Shown here: piece by piece, positions 48,192 to 63,700 of the stretch
Numbering within the stretch: the first letter of the stretch is position 1
Layout of the letters: every line of letters starts with the position of its first letter
NCBI GenBank assembly: GCA_051362555.1
Contig: CM120644.1
Location: 10,748,567 to 10,812,566 of the forward strand
Direction: 5' to 3'
From: Lingula anatina
Lineage: Eukaryota > Animalia > Brachiopoda
DNA length: 64,000 nucleotides
Notes under the pieces: model-generated
What the model was told of the DNA's origin: nothing
The model's input: only the letters and a program-made list of their open reading frames with translations
The model's database searches: none
Made by a program: the position numbers and the translations under genes

Positions 48192-51100
48192 CTTTACACA
48201 GCTTTCTCTGAGGTGCTGTCTCCCTTGAAGTCTGGTCTTCCTCTAATCATATCATCGTCATCTCTCGTCAACAATAATACTAGTTACAACACCCCCCTGT
48301 CTCCCAGTGACAACTAGCCAGCCCACTGGCCAGACAAATAATTAAGGACTAATTAGACTCCTTTCACAAAGGTGTGGTACCTGGATGAAGTCTGCCTGGA
48401 ATTAAATGAACAGCAGGCATGGTGCTGTATCACGGGACCCCATCAATACATACAAATGGCTTAAAGGAAATGTATTCAGATAGAGACAGAGATTTCCATG
48501 TCGGTCCAGATGGGTGAGAGGCGAGATCAAAGGGTTTGGTATTAAGTCTGAGGTGAGGTTACCTGGTTATGTAACGAATTGGGGAAGCCCCCCCCCCCCC
48601 CCCATCCTCCTCCAGCCAGGTAAGATATATACAAAACAAAGGTGAAACACTGGTAAGATAGGGAATAATTTTTCTTTTTTCCTCCCTCTCTCACTTGAAG
48701 AAAGAGATTAATAATTTCACTGTTATATTTATGTAAAAATCACAGTTCCATTCTCATACATGTTAACAAAAATGAATGACTGATAAAACTCAATCATTTC
48801 TCTGAATTCACTGATTGTGAGTTTCTATTTCAAAGGTGTTCTCAGGTGTTATGCATGGTAATTTTCTTTAAAAATTCCCAAAAGATAAGAACTCTAACAA
48901 TTGCATTTTAATAGTCTTTAAATCCCTGTCAAACATCCTTATTTGTTCAACAGCATAAAACTTGGACAGCACCCTTAATCTCTCAAATATCTAATTAATC
49001 TGCAGTTAGCCCTTGATATTAAGGAAGCTCAATCAGTAGATTATAAACATGCTAATGTAGATATGAGGTCTTTCTGTCTTGCACCTGCCTCTTTTAGAGA
49101 TATCTTTCAGTCCTATTAAGATGTATTTAAGATATGCAAATCTAGACTGTTCATTGCACAGGAAACATGATATCCTTAAACTAGTGTTATCTTTTGAGTA
49201 GTGACTACAATTAAATGATAATGCAAATAAAAAATATATATAATTTCCTGTTGGTAGGTGCTCCTTCATTTGGCCCAATTTTTCCACTTTCCACCAAAAT
49301 TTTCAAATGGAAAAAATAATAAATTGCACAAGATTTAGTTTGCAATTTAGCATGGGCAGTATTATGTATCACCACCTCTCACTTTTTTCCTCCTTCCCTC
49401 TCTCTCTCTTTCTGATATTTTTTGTTCAAGTTTAATGGCAACATATTATTGACTACGACAGAATTCAGTAAAATTAGTACATTGCGTAATGCTAATAGTC
49501 ATTTACTTCAAAAAGCAACCGTCAAAAATTAAGTAAGAGACAAGCAAAAATATGTTTATTGTTTCTACAGATGTTTGAAGATTTACTCTGAGAAATAATC
49601 TCAGTGAAAAGATCAAAGAGAATCTGTGGTATTTCATTTAATCCCCTTATGTGATATGATGCTAACATGGTCTTTATTACTGTACCAATTAAGAAGAGCA
49701 GATGGCAAGGACAGATGCAGGCAATATCTGTAAGAATGTCTTTATAGATTACATTGTATTAGATTTCATAATTATATTTATTGAGCTCTAAAAAATGCTC
49801 GGTAACATTTGCTAGCTCTCTGCACTACATGTATTGAAACAGGAATCTAAAGATACAAAAATACAGTATAACACTTACTTTATGTGTAGCTTTTAAATCA
49901 TACAGGGCACATAGGGGAGGTGGAGGGGGGAGGGGTGGAGAAAAGAAGAGTAAAACAAACAACAAAACCACAACTCATAAGATAAAATAAACAAGAAGTA
50001 CATCCCATTTGCTATAACAACTCAAACCCATGATCTTGTACAGGTGCACCACACCATCTAGAGCCTGGAACCTATTATTCCAACCCCACTCAGGAGATCT
50101 GTATCTTTTTCCATTTGCTCAGGTAATTTTAACTAACTCTATTCAAGGTAGATACCCCATGTAATGCCCCCTTTCAGAGCGTCTAAGGGGAAAGTGAAAC
50201 ATTCAATTATAATATGGCCACCGGGGATGGAGGTTTCTATCCTATATAAATAACCATTTAAATGGTGGATGATGACCAGGAGAAAGGGGGAGGGGTATAT
50301 AAGGTAGGCGAGGAGGATGACCACTCACCCAGCAAAATGGTCTCCATTTCATGACAATAATTGGATTATTTTACAGTATAGTATTAGGTTAAAAACAGCA
50401 CAGTTTTAGGGAGAGTGGAATCATAAAATGCTCTACAAGTTTTCTTTTTAACCAATTACTAGTAAAAATAACATTTCAAAGTACTAATAAAGCCAAAGAT
50501 TAAATTACCCAACCCTTAAACCTGCCAACATTTAAACAATTTATGGGTCTGGCACAAAGGAACTTGTTGCAAATCTTTCTCCCTGGGTCTGTATCTCTGG
50601 GCTCCTTGTGGTTCCTTACCAACTTAACCTTAGATTAAATTCACAATAAAAAAAAAAAAGAAAATAAAAGGGCTGGCTTTCTTACATATTCACTTCTTAG
50701 CTGATAAAACTAAACATTATAATTCTCAGTTCAATTAACTCACCTGTATTTCCTTGTACAAGTATTTTCAGGCAGTGACTAACAGCTGCTTTAATTCCTT
50801 CTCCCTTCAATTTGTAAGCATAGCTGGCACAGAAACTCAGCCTTGTAGTACAGTATGATGTGAATGACAGGGTTTACCTTGCTCTCCTCACTGGATAGTA
50901 TCAATGTTTAAGTCCTCAGTTAAAAGTATAATGTTTTATACTTAAATCAGTATTGTACAAATATGATTTCTCTTATCCTCTTTCAATTACAAGAAGATAT
51001 TTTTTCAATACCTGGCCACAGGAAATGTTTTTGATATCCATTCCAGGCACACTGATAATTCCAACTTTTTATATTTTTACAAACTCTGCTAAAAAAATTC

Positions 51101-54100
51101 TCATGTGACATCAGTGTCCTTTAGATCAGAATTGTCCAGCACCAGTCCACCCCTGTTGGTCAAGATATGGCCAGTGTTAATGGGCAGCTCCTAACATACA
51201 GGTATCTGATAAATAGTGCATAAAACAGGTGATAATTAATTACACCTGTAAGTCCAGTGGTCAGTGATGGACGGCCTTCCCTAAAGTTTGTCTCCAGTTG
51301 CTACGTCCAGTGTCTTGATGACAACGCGGCTTTGGCCACTGGAGTGGTCAGTTATCCCTCCTTAACCTGTACTTTAAGAATAATTATACAAGGCCTGAGG
51401 GCTGTCCACTTGTCCTACCTTGAAATACCCCTTGACCACTGCCTACTGGAGGTGATATGGCTGCTCAGGGGTCATAAGTACTGGCTAAACTCCTTGACTG
51501 CTTTCTTTGCAAGGTTGGAGGATTGTCAACCAGTCAGATATATAGGCTACAAATTAAAGAATGTCTTGGCTACTTGAAAGAAATGTGAGAAATTCCCCTT
51601 GACCACTGTTGTTGTAAAAGGGACTGACCACAAAAATCAGCCACCCCCAAAGTGTCAATCACTAAGTAGGGGTCACCTCTCTTTGTGAATCGAGATGAAA
51701 TGTCACGCCGTCACGCACAGTGGCCAAATACTACATGTGCCTTCACGTGTCATGCTCAAAGACACCAGGTTCATGTTGTTCAACATTGAAATGTGCACAG
51801 TTGTTGTATTGGATCCGTTCTTGCATGTATTGTGTTGAAAGGTACTCTAGTCACACTGCTACTCACATGCATATATGTGCTTCCACAGTCAGTTTGTATT
51901 GCCTGCTGTTGCACTTGATAAACTGAAAGTAGCTGACTTGAATTTTTTAAAGCTTAAGTATCCTAGCTTTTCTGCCTTTGTGCTTCCATCAAATATGTCT
52001 GTCTAAACATGCACTCTCTGGATCAGGTACAGTATGTTATGCATGCATGCAGCACTTGCAGCCAAATGCTGGTGTAGCTGTTGCCAGATATATGAATAAT
52101 TTCAATCCACTTTCTTTCTCCACGTGATGTGCTGTTTTGAGATCAGTTGTGCATGTAGTCAAACAAATTGCTCACCGCCTGCTTGGCTCTTCAATTTTTC
52201 AATTCTTTTCTATCCACTTTCCAAACCTCTGTGATCCAATTATATGTCCTCCATTATTACCGCCCCCTGGCTATGAGTACAAATTCTGAAAAGAGATCAA
52301 AGGACGTTTAATCGCAGTAAAATTTGGCCCTGTGCCTCGACAAAGACATACCTGTCAAATCTTAAACGGATAATTACATGCCCTGCGGAATAGAACATGC
52401 TTCCCGCAAAGTACGGAGATGGGGGGAGATGACAGCGAGGGTTGCACTAGCCGTAGATAGTACCTGTCATATGCTTGGCAATAATTCATAAATTTCAAAC
52501 ACCACTTTTTTTTTCAATAATTTTTCCATTCCATGATGTATTCTTTTAGCTGTTCACAAAAAATTGCAACTCACAATGCAGAATTTTCAGATCCAAATTT
52601 GAGGGGTTACTGGCAAAATTTTATTTTTGGAACTTGGACTGAATTATTTTTTGTTTGAATTTTGTGACATTTCCAGGAAAGATTATAATATGGATACATA
52701 TATGTGTTGATAACATAATCATCTCCTGAAACAAGGAAAATATACAGCAAAAAGCATGTAGAAGAACAGTAAAATTATCCACAAACTGACCATCAAAAAA
52801 TATTTCCCTGAATTCAACAGAAAGTCGTAAGTCCTACAATACTTTCTCTTAGAAAAACCAGACATTTTTTAGTAAACATAAATCAACTTTAAACCTCGTC
52901 CATCTTTATGTATAAACAATTATAGTAAAATGACACTTTAAAAGGAGAAACATTTCCTGCCAGCAATGAATACAGCTGACCACAAAATTCACACCACCTG
53001 TCAGTTAGTAAATCATTTTTATTCACAAAGAGTCATGCAGGTATAGAACTATCTAATGCTACCTGTCATCAATGAATTACCACTGCATTCTATATGACAA
53101 CATTACTCACATTATACCACTGATATTCTGTCTAATAACTCCAAATGTGATGTTGTATGATGGTTATTTATGTGTTATGGACACCTGCAAGCTTTTCATG
53201 GAGGTGAAGTTTATCTGTGGGGAAGGTGAAGGGAGGTTTTTTAAGACTGGAGACCGTGACAATAAATGTCTTCAATGTATGATGGACAGAAGGAAAGAGG
53301 AAGAAAAGAATTTGCTAGAGCAAAAATCCTTATCCTACCAAATTAAATTTAAGCTCAGCCTTAGGAATATTTGATCAAATCCCACTGGTAGTTTGGCAAA
53401 TGAAAAAGTAAATTTGTTTGAACAAATCCTAGTTGGGGCAATGAAATAATAAATCATAGTTCCTCTTTTTCAAAATTGCATGTACAGTGTATCTTTGATT
53501 TATTTAAATATTGAATTCTAACCTAGATGGAACATTATGTAGTGACATAACCTGTTTAATAAAATACAAGCAGGCCCACAGGTAAACTAACGAAATTCCT
53601 CAAATATTTTTTAAGTCATAAAAATTAGAGAGATGAAAAGAAAGATGCCAAAGGTAAAGGTCAGAAACAAACAAACACATGTAGCATTGACAACTGACGT
53701 GCAAAACTATTCACTCAGGTGTAAACCAACTCAATCAGTCCTTCAAAAATAAATCTGTGAACTGTAAAAAAAAAAAGAAGAAAAAAAGCAGGCTAAATGA
53801 CAATGCCTCCTCTCCCCTTTCCCATTCTTACACTCCAAATTTTGCACCTGATCACCCTTGTTACACGCCTTCTCAGACCCAATCTTCACAGTTGTTCTTT
53901 TCTCTCCTTCGACAACAAAATCCCATTATAATTGGAATTCTTGACTGATTTCATCAACAATACAGAGGAGACAAATTGAATCTGTCACAGGACTAGAAAA
54001 TGGAAGAAAATGGCCAATTTGGTTTGATTCACTAAGTGCCTTTGTTGACTAATGGGTCCAGTTGGGTAATAGAATATCGTGTGTTCTGTTGGCACAATGC

Positions 54101-54834
54101 TGCGGTGCAATGTTACGCCATTTAAAAGCTTGTACTGTACAGGTGAGTGTAGAATCACGCAGGGACAGAAATTTGTAAACAATCCAGGGGCTGCATGGTT
54201 CCTTTTTTCAGTAAAGTAACTCTTGAATACAAAGGGAATCAAAATGACAAAATGAAATATATGCATATGAATAAGGTGGATGCTGCAGGGTATTTTGGGT
54301 AGAAAAATCACTCTTATTTTTTTCCTTTTTTTTCTTTCTATACAACTTTCGGTCAAGTTATTCATTTCCTGACAAACTGACCAACAATTGACCCCCTTAC
54401 AACACCTACTAGTAGGACTATCTAATAATAGAGGACAAGGGTAAAAATAAATCACTTGACCTTTCTTCTCAAAGAATTGCTTCACTGAGGCAGAAATCCT
54501 TCGAGTCTTCTTTCATCTTATCATTCCCATGATGTTTTTCATGATTTTATTCTGACCAGCACTTTAATTAATTCTAACAATTCTGAAGATGATAAATTTT
54601 GAAATTAATTTCCTCCTAGCAGCAGAAATTGATTACTTTCTCTAAATACATTTTCAGCACTTTGGGGATGTGTAACTTAAATCCTTAATCTAATTCAGAG
54701 ACAAGCAATTTAATTATCTATCATTCCACATAATTTCCTCACATTTATTCTGAACACAGTGTCTTCAGAAATATTTCATCTTTTTAAAGTGATGCATTGA
54801 CATATTTTTTTCAAATTAACAATTCACACCTGGT

Positions 54835-55185
54835 CTTTTTTTTTTTTTTTTTTTTTTTGTTATTCATGTTTTTATCAGTCGTTATCCAGATGGGAAGTGA
54901 GCGTCTGCGTATCTTGTATCAAACAGCACGGGGAATTAAAATCGATACACTAAACATCTTTACAACATTTTTTGTTTTTGTTTTTCTTTCAAAATCTCTC
55001 GCAGGTATTGAAGCCTTCACATGATACCAAATGAAAGACAATGAAAATGATTGTTTTGAATCTTTTTGTTCTATGCCTTTTATGCGTTGTAACAAACGTA
55101 CACGGCTGTAATCGTAATAGATAATCCTGAAGGTATTCATCTCAATATTTCTATACTCCGTTCACTTTAATGATGAGAGCATTAG
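54835..55185 (-). mobile_element. Probable 5'-truncated retroposed insertion (LINE 3' end) with poly(A) tail
   Basis: Poly(T) at the left end, CpG-richer than its flanks, and the direct repeat CACCTGGT at 54827-54834 and 55186-55193. Confidence 0.5.
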
Positions 55186-58100
55186 CACCTGGTTTCCAAT
55201 TATTTTTTCATTTTCGCACCATTTATCATGTGAAAATGTGTCACCGTGTGATACACAATAGCAAAGACTTTGACACAAGATCTGTCTACTTTTGAATATG
55301 ATTATAACTTTAGAATTCACACATCATGTTTCCTGAAAGTCACTTTTTCTCCATGAAATATTAACTGAGTATCAGCCATTAAAAAAACCCTTGGGCTATC
55401 TTCTGCATTTCTATAATTGATTCAATCTGCCAAAATTAAAATTATAAACCTTCCACATTTTTTCATCAATACTTCCTTAAATTACACTAAGCAACTTAAA
55501 CTGGAGTGAACTTTAACATAAATACATAAAATTCCTCACAACAAAGGACTTGCAGTGGCTCAATGCAAACACCCTGAAAAGATCTAAAAGCAAACAATGT
55601 TAAATATTGAACCTTCACAACAAAAACCTTTGAAATACGATAAACTACCAGGCCTAGAACCACGTTTTTGTTCCACCCCTGTAACGTGGTATAATGAGAT
55701 CAAAATGAAGTTGTATCGTTTGCCAAAAGCGCCGCCTACCACGCCCTCTCTGGTTTCTTAAAACCACATCATCCTCTTTGTGTGACCTAACACCCTCGCT
55801 GCGAGCCCGGCACGCGGGTTTTGTGGCCACATGAATTGACTTGTTTTGTGAAATCTCCTGACCTGGCTTTTGATATTTGATAATATTTGTCCATGATTTT
55901 CCACCTATGAACCTGCACAAAGTGTATCATGAGAGGGAGCAGTGAGTGATACAGTCTACCAAACTGGACGGAAAGTTTGTTTCTGCAACAGCAGATATTT
56001 CTTAAGTTTTGTCTAAAGCTGCATGTTGAACAAAGTTGTCTTTACAACCTATGTACATATGATTGTGAGATTTTGGCTTACAGGCCAACTGATACTTAAC
56101 AAGTTATCAAGTAAGCCAAAACATGCAACATGTTTCTGTTGGTATTGATGCACGCTGCATTTTTGTGGGATCCAAGAGTAAAGATACCAGTTTGAATACT
56201 GATAAACATGTACATGTGAACCCTTAATATGTAATGGATCTAAGATATTAGTAACTTACATCAGTATATGTGTTATTTTTACATGTATGTGTGTAATCAT
56301 GTTGATTTGTTTCTTTTCATTTTTGACAGTCTGTGTCTGTTGCAATTAATTCTAGTAATTTTTTTCAAAAAAAAAAAAACTTTCATGCTAGAACAAGTAG
56401 GTGTAAGGTATCAAACCAAACTGTGTACAGACATGACCTGCAGAATAGAACCCTACAACTGACTGCTCATCTTGTTCTTCTCACTCCCACCATATTACAT
56501 TTCACACGCCTTAATTCCCCGCACAGCAAGAGATTGTAATTTGTCAACAGGCAAGTGGAGAGGCAGCCATTCTTCTCTGGTGCCCTTCCATTCAGCCTTT
56601 ACACGATGTCCTCCTTTCTGAAGTATTCATTTCTAAGGTAAATGGAATCTACAGGTTCTAGAGGACACTGAAGTGGTGGATACATTTCCAAGCATGGAGT
56701 TATGAATACATAACAGAGAGCAAGGTTCTATAACATGTTATAAGGGGATAAAGGAGAGGACCCACATGTGGGGCTTTTCAAAAACAAATTTGTGGCTTTA
56801 GCCCATAATACATTACAGCTTAAACTGCACAATAATTTTCTCTAAAAATGTCTATGGTGGTGGGAGTAGGGGGAGAGGACGGGTGAGAAAATAAGAAAGA
56901 AAAAATATCATTTCCCTCATTTAAGTATCCAAGACCTGACATTAACACTGTACATGTCTTGTCACAGTATATTGGTTTATTGTGTGTCTATATATGTGGG
57001 TGCGTGCTTGTGTCTACTAGTGTGTGTGTGTGCATGCACGTGTGTGTGTGTGTGTGTGCTGTACTACTACACTGAAGCTCAGCTGACATACAGGTATGCA
57101 TACAGATAAGACTCCTGGCACACCTGTAAATGTGTTCATGCTTGTCATTCATGGAGGTGCGTGTCATCACACACACAGCATCACAGTAACCTGGACACCA
57201 ACAATCAGGAGACAGCGTAGATACCTCAGGTGTGGTCTTCTGCCAGCCATTTATCACATCATCTGATCTACCTGAGGGAGGGCAATTGCTGTTGTTCTTT
57301 AAGAGATTAAGACTCTCTTTGCAATTACGTACTCTAATAGTAGGTACTTAACCAGGGCTCAGAATGGGATTTTTATTCGCCTGATTCACTTAATGGCATT
57401 TTTTGCTACATTATCGTACCAGTAGGAAAGCTACAAAGTAATCTATTTTCAATAACTACTGGAAATTCAGTTATCATGTTTGTCTTTTCAGACTGACACA
57501 AACACATTCGTGATCCTACAGCTTTCTCGTAAAGTCCAGGATAAAATACATTATTTGCCATGAAAATCCATCTTTTCACAGCACCTAAAATATTTCCAAA
57601 TTTCCAAATTACTGACATAATAGTACATCAACTGTACAGTATCTACAACATCAAAGCTGAAGAGACAGGGAGTTAGAAAGGTTTGTCTTAAATGAAGGTA
57701 TGTATTTGACAAATGGTTCAGGTACAAACAAGACTTTCCGTGTTTTTGCACCATATTACAACCACACTAGAGTGGGGATAGAATTCCAATTTATGGGTGC
57801 ATTTCCAAGAGGTTAAGATGGGTTGTTCCATAGCGTAGGACATATGTCAACAATTTCAGCTCTGTTAAGCCCACAGTTTGAAAAAAATCCTCAAGAAAAA
57901 AGTCATATATAAGGTCCCATGATCAACATAACATGCATCAAACAACTCAATTACAATTGCCTATTTTTAACTAAAAAATTTGGAATCCATCCCAGAGACC
58001 CCAAAACTATTTCAGTCTAGTATAAACATACACTTGTATGTGTTGGAATCTAGAGATGTCCCTGTTATACAAGCTGCCGTAACAAGGATGACATGCTAAC

Positions 58101-60549
58101 AGTAGTCACGCAGCATTGTGTCTCTGTGTTACGTGCTGGGTGCTTTAAAGTCACCACATTTTGGAAATCATCCATAAATTATTACGCTTTTATTAAGATC
58201 ACCGAGTGATTGATCATAGCTATAGAGTATTATATTACTGCTACTTACCTTTTTGTCTTCTTGAAGAAATTTTACCCTGTATCATGGAACATTTTTTACA
58301 CAATTTCATGTCTTATTGTTTTGTAATTTCACTGCCAATTTCTGCATTACAATGACAGTCAGCAGTTTTCATCTTATTTTACCAGGCAATATTTTAACTT
58401 TACAGCATACCGGTAGAATACTTGATCATTATTAGATTCACACCTGGCTCAGTGTTTATGCTGACATTAACTAGCGGGTTGATTCCCTGTGTCATCCACC
58501 TATCTAAAGACCTGTCCCTGGAGCACTGAGGATTCTCAGACTCATGTCACAGCAACAAGATTGTATTATATTTCCTTTACCTGTACTGTGTTCACTATTA
58601 CCTGTCCTTAAAGGGACAAATACAGGATATTTGCAGAAGAAAAAAATTTAGCTGACAAATTTTCTGGGACTCCTTTTTTCTAGTATTAACTGTTCTGCCT
58701 CTACTGTGCTTCAACTATTCTCAGTTGCATTCTATACATGTATATACTGCCTATGGTCCATTGTATCCTAAGCTGATCGAGAGAAGGAAAACTCGACTAA
58801 GTAATTCTACTCAGCAAGAAAATGCAGGTTTTGAACAAGTATTTCATTTCTTTTTCATTTCAACAGATGGAAATCTAAAATAGATAAATAATATTTTAAT
58901 TATAAATTATTAAAGGACAAAGAAAAATTACCAGTGCTCTCCATTTCACATCATGTCTTCATATTTAGCATGTCATGCAGATCTTCCTTGCTCTTTTTTG
59001 TGCCTCCACAAGAAATATCACATTTGTCACACGATATGCAAAGAGTTCAACTGTCATCCGTGAGACACATTTATTTGGAATGATAAATTTGTGTTGTTTC
59101 TCCTTGTTGCCTTACAAGCTGCCTCCATTCATTAAACCTGAAGAGGTAAAAGACAGGTTTGAACAAAGCCTGTTTTATGCCCAACTTTATGAAAGAAACA
59201 CCTGATAGCAACCCTTTCTATCTGTACCATCAGACTTTGTATGATCTGGCCCATTTTGTAGATAGCAAATAATTTTAGGAGAAACTCACAACTTATTTTA
59301 GCAATTGGATATCTGAATGTCCCCCTCCTATGAAAAAAAAACAGTCCAATTTTCTTATTTAATTTTCAAATTAGTTTCAATGAGAAAACTTTTGCTCTTT
59401 CATGTAATTTCAGCAATCAGAAATTTGACTTAATTTGACTGCTTCCCCTACCCCCCCCCCCCTCTCCTACACGTACCTTCCAAAGAAAAAACAGCTAGTT
59501 TAACTGCTTTGTACCAAGCAGAAATGTCATCCCCACCCCCATCCCCCTGGATAACACACCTGTAATCCAGCACAACCCTTATTGTGCTGTCTGCCAACTC
59601 AAAGCTCACAGAGAGAAATATGGCATAGTGGGGGGCTGCAATGATACCTCTCATGTCTTTAAACAGCATTCAATATTTTTTGTCAATACTTTTATCATGT
59701 TGTGGTCTGATGATGAAATACTGTGTAACTGTAGAATCTCCTAGGTTTGTTTCTTTAGGGTCACATGGTGACATGTAAGTCTGAGGACATGTCTGTACAT
59801 ATCTACCTATTTTAATGCTACCTTAATTAACACATTGGTACATGTCCTAGGTCACACCCATGATGACAGGCTCCTGCCTCAGCTACATGTATACTGCTAT
59901 GTACCACCAACACATATGAAAATTAAAAAATAATTAACAAATCATTACTAGTACTTCACTGCACAGCTAGATCATATTCAACCATGTTCCTAATTTAAGC
60001 AAATAGATATATGGTTACATTTCCCATCCACCCACCTCTTGCCTACCTCCTAAGATCCTAATTCACACCTTCTCATGCCCTCTGCAAATCACCCAGGTCC
60101 CCATACTTCTCCCAAAACAAAATGGGAACAATCCTTAATCCATCCCTTATCAAAGAAAAACTGATCTAGGATCCTGTGTAGACTGCATGCTGTCAAGTGC
60201 CACAAATTACAGATTTTTCTAATTTAAAAACTCATTTTAACTGGTAAAGGTGGACTGAGGAGAGAGGGGCAGACAGTGACATTTCACTGGGTTCCACCCA
60301 CCACCATAACCTGGCTTCATTTACAGCATGACAAATCATATGACACCTCTTTAATTTACATCATTTTTATAATCTACAAGTGCTACAGATACATACTCCT
60401 ATAGTAATCCGTAGTTCCTATGCTGTAGCGGTTAGAGTGGTATCAGAGATTATGAGAGAAGGCAGGCTCTGCACAAACAGTACTGACTTCCAAATATACA
60501 TGGATAGGTACCAAAGCACCGAACCCCATCACGAAAGTGACAGTGGGTG

Positions 60550-60714
60550 CAGGGGCGTAACCAGACCTTTTAAAATTGTACGCACAGATTTTGAAAATTC
60601 CCAGGTACGATTATATTCCGTGAAAATACACTGAATTTATGGAGAATAGTATCATGGTTGGCTAAAAAAATTGTACGCACGGTGCATCCGTGCGTATGCC
60701 TGGTTACACCCCTG
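60550..60714. mobile_element. MITE with CAGGGGCGTAACCAG TIR and 7-bp TSD
   Basis: Ends caggggcgtaaccag...ctggttacacccctg, with GTGGGTG at 60543-60549 and 60715-60721. Confidence 0.85.
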
Positions 60715-63700
60715 GTGGGTGCACAAATGAATGATCATGAAGAGCTAGATTGGACTGAATATATCGTGATAGTCAACCATCTTAACAGTTACCCTTATAA
60801 ATTCATAACCATTATAGCTGTACAATATTGCTTCTGAACACATATTAATATGCAGTCTACCTGAATTGCCATGCAGGTATAGTCTAGTAAATGAGTCATA
60901 TATACCACTATACGAAATGTGTGGGGAATCTTAGATATAATTCCCATCTCTCTGCATATTACTAGTATAACTTTAAAAACCTACCGGTACCTTTATCTTC
61001 TGACGGTCTCAAGTAGTATGATATTGAGCATTTTAATGGTCCTTAGATTGGTCTACATTGTACAATCATAAACATTAAAGTCATTGTAAATCACAAGACA
61101 ATATCTGTAAAACAGCATTCTAACATTACCATACCTTCTTGTATTGATCAAACTAACAAGCTCTTGATTATAAATTTGTGTTTGAGTACTAGTAACATTC
61201 CCGGCCCTTACCTGACTGCAAAAGAAGACCAGCCTCAGTAGAAATGATAACTCAGTCTATATCCACATTAAGCCTTCCTTAATCGTTGTAGCAACAAAAC
61301 AGTGTGCATACACACATCACAACATGTGTGTGTGGATGACTCGGTCTACTAGGAATGAAATCATCAACAAATTGCGTACTAATCCAAACACGCTCTCACG
61401 ACCTTACCGGCACTGGGGACTGTTGAAAGAAACCTCTACAAAGGAAGATCAAAACACAAGCAGACAATTGCTGGAATAATAGGTCCGAGGGTCCAACGAG
61501 CCTAGTATGGCGGAAATGAGCAAGTCTCGCTACACAGCACTGAAATAGGGCTGTAGAATAACCCTCGCATCTTCTGTACACTGATACAACACTGAAGGCA
61601 CTCTAGTTTCAATACTTCTCATTTCTCACCTTTAGATCAACACAAAGCGGTGCTTTGTTGTTGGTCTCAATTGATTTAATCAGTCCTGTAATCGTGTACC
61701 ATAGAGCAGGCAGCGTTGGATTATATTAATATACAATGCTATTATAATGTCCAGCTTTAATGGTGCCCCTGCTTTCTACAGTCACTAGCCCCCATGTTGT
61801 TTTTAATAACACAGGCTCTGGCTTCCGAGCCTTTTATCAAAGGACCAATCACAGGTAAAACACCTTCGCTGATTAGATTTTCTTTGTGCCTGGCCATTGT
61901 GAGATGTTTATCAATAAATGCCTTTGCGTAAGCCAATTTGTTAAATGCTATAAATTTCGCTTTGTGGATGACTCCATGTACGCCCACTGCCTGGGGAGCT
62001 GAAGCGCACGACTTACTCAATCTCTTATGGTTGCATTCACATTACAACTGGACAGACTGTGCCATGATCACCATAGAATTAAACTACACAGGCAATCAAA
62101 ACAGAATATTTGCTACAATTTTAGGTATCAGTAAAGGTAAAAGATAACTGTATGGAGAAATGTTAGGCTTGTATCAGCCTGATCACAATCAACACTCACT
62201 GTGTGATTTAAATTGATACTATTCAATCTATTAGGGAGTATTGTGAACACAACCTTATAGCTCCCAATAAATTTTCAATAATGTCACAGACGCTTCAATG
62301 GTAATTTGTAAACAGGCGACTGTTTTGTCAAATAACACATAGAGCTGGTACTGAGGGTTTGTCGGGGCATGTTCCACACATAAATCGTTGACAAAGTCAC
62401 AACTCTGTCCTTCACTGGACAAATAAACATAGGGCAAATGGTCATTCTAACAGTCACTCATGTCTGACCATTGAGACCCCAAAATTTTTAAGAGTCAATA
62501 TTTGTTGAAGATTGCAAAGTGTGGGAAATTGTACCATATTATTGTCACAAAGCTGTGGCTGGTACCATATCAATAAATAGAATTCTGAGTAGGATTCAAT
62601 ACAATGTGCTCTGTACAGCTTATTCAACTCAATAATAAAATAACAATAACTACATTTAAAACTATATAAAGATAATAATTTGACCATTTTTATTGTATAT
62701 TTTTATTAAAATCAATAACTCTTATGTGAACTTTTATGAAGTATGTATATACATGGTGTCACTGGTGGTATTGTTCGTCTCATTCAATTTTCTTACAGAT
62801 AGCATGATCTATTACGTTGTATAACATCAATAATTAAAAATAGATGAATCACTGACAATGCTTATGCCTGTCATACCCCTATCTCACCCCCACCCCTCTC
62901 AACCCCCACTTCAATTTTAAGTTATTAAAACATAAGTAAACAAAAATAAATGGTCTCTTCAAGAAATTTAATCATCAAAATTTGACAAAAGACATTCTGA
63001 GAACAATGACAATTTGACCGGGCATAGAGTATTATACGTGATTATATTTCTGTGTCGTGCAGTCCTGGGACGTCTCTTTGTCTGCTGACATGTCAACTTT
63101 AAGACGACTTTGTGCCTGACAGTCTCAGCACGTGAATCAATATTTGTTCATTATTGAAACACACAGGAAAATAATATTCATCACAACTCACCGCTAAGTG
63201 AATGGTCGACTGCTCGCTGCTGCTGGTTAGGAATATAATGCATGTTCACACCAGGAGCAAATATTGAAAATAAGGTCAGAAACAGACTGTTTGGTACCAG
63301 AATTCTTGCCAGTTAAGGATAAAAAACCTGAAAGTGTAAAATATCATTTTATGTGATGGAGATGGAAATTATGATAGGCTCACATCAAGATTAGATTGAG
63401 CCCAAAGAGACTATATGATAAAGGTTAGAATCACCAAATGAAGAATAATTGGATCAAATATTAATTGTCTTCAAGCCCCAAATTATAAAAACCTGTTTTA
63501 AGTGATGGATTATAGGAAATCAAGTCCAAGATCACCTCAATATTTACTGGACAGAAATTTAGTCTCCAGATAAAACAAGAGTTGTCAACAGGCTGCCAAA
63601 CCCCACTTTAACAATCTGACTGACTTGTGATACTATTTACTCTCTTAAAATTTCTTCTTTTCTTGGTCCAAGTGGAATCCTTCATGAACTCAGCTATACT

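Noticed and set aside
53985-54485. 166-aa minus-strand ORF
   Set aside because: Non-ATG start, no domain features or splice support; it looks like a chance intronic ORF.
61380-62450. Coding-like, slightly CpG-richer stretch with several 60-87 aa ORFs
   Set aside because: Stops in all frames and no recognisable domain or termini. Possibly an old TE relic; BLASTX would be needed.
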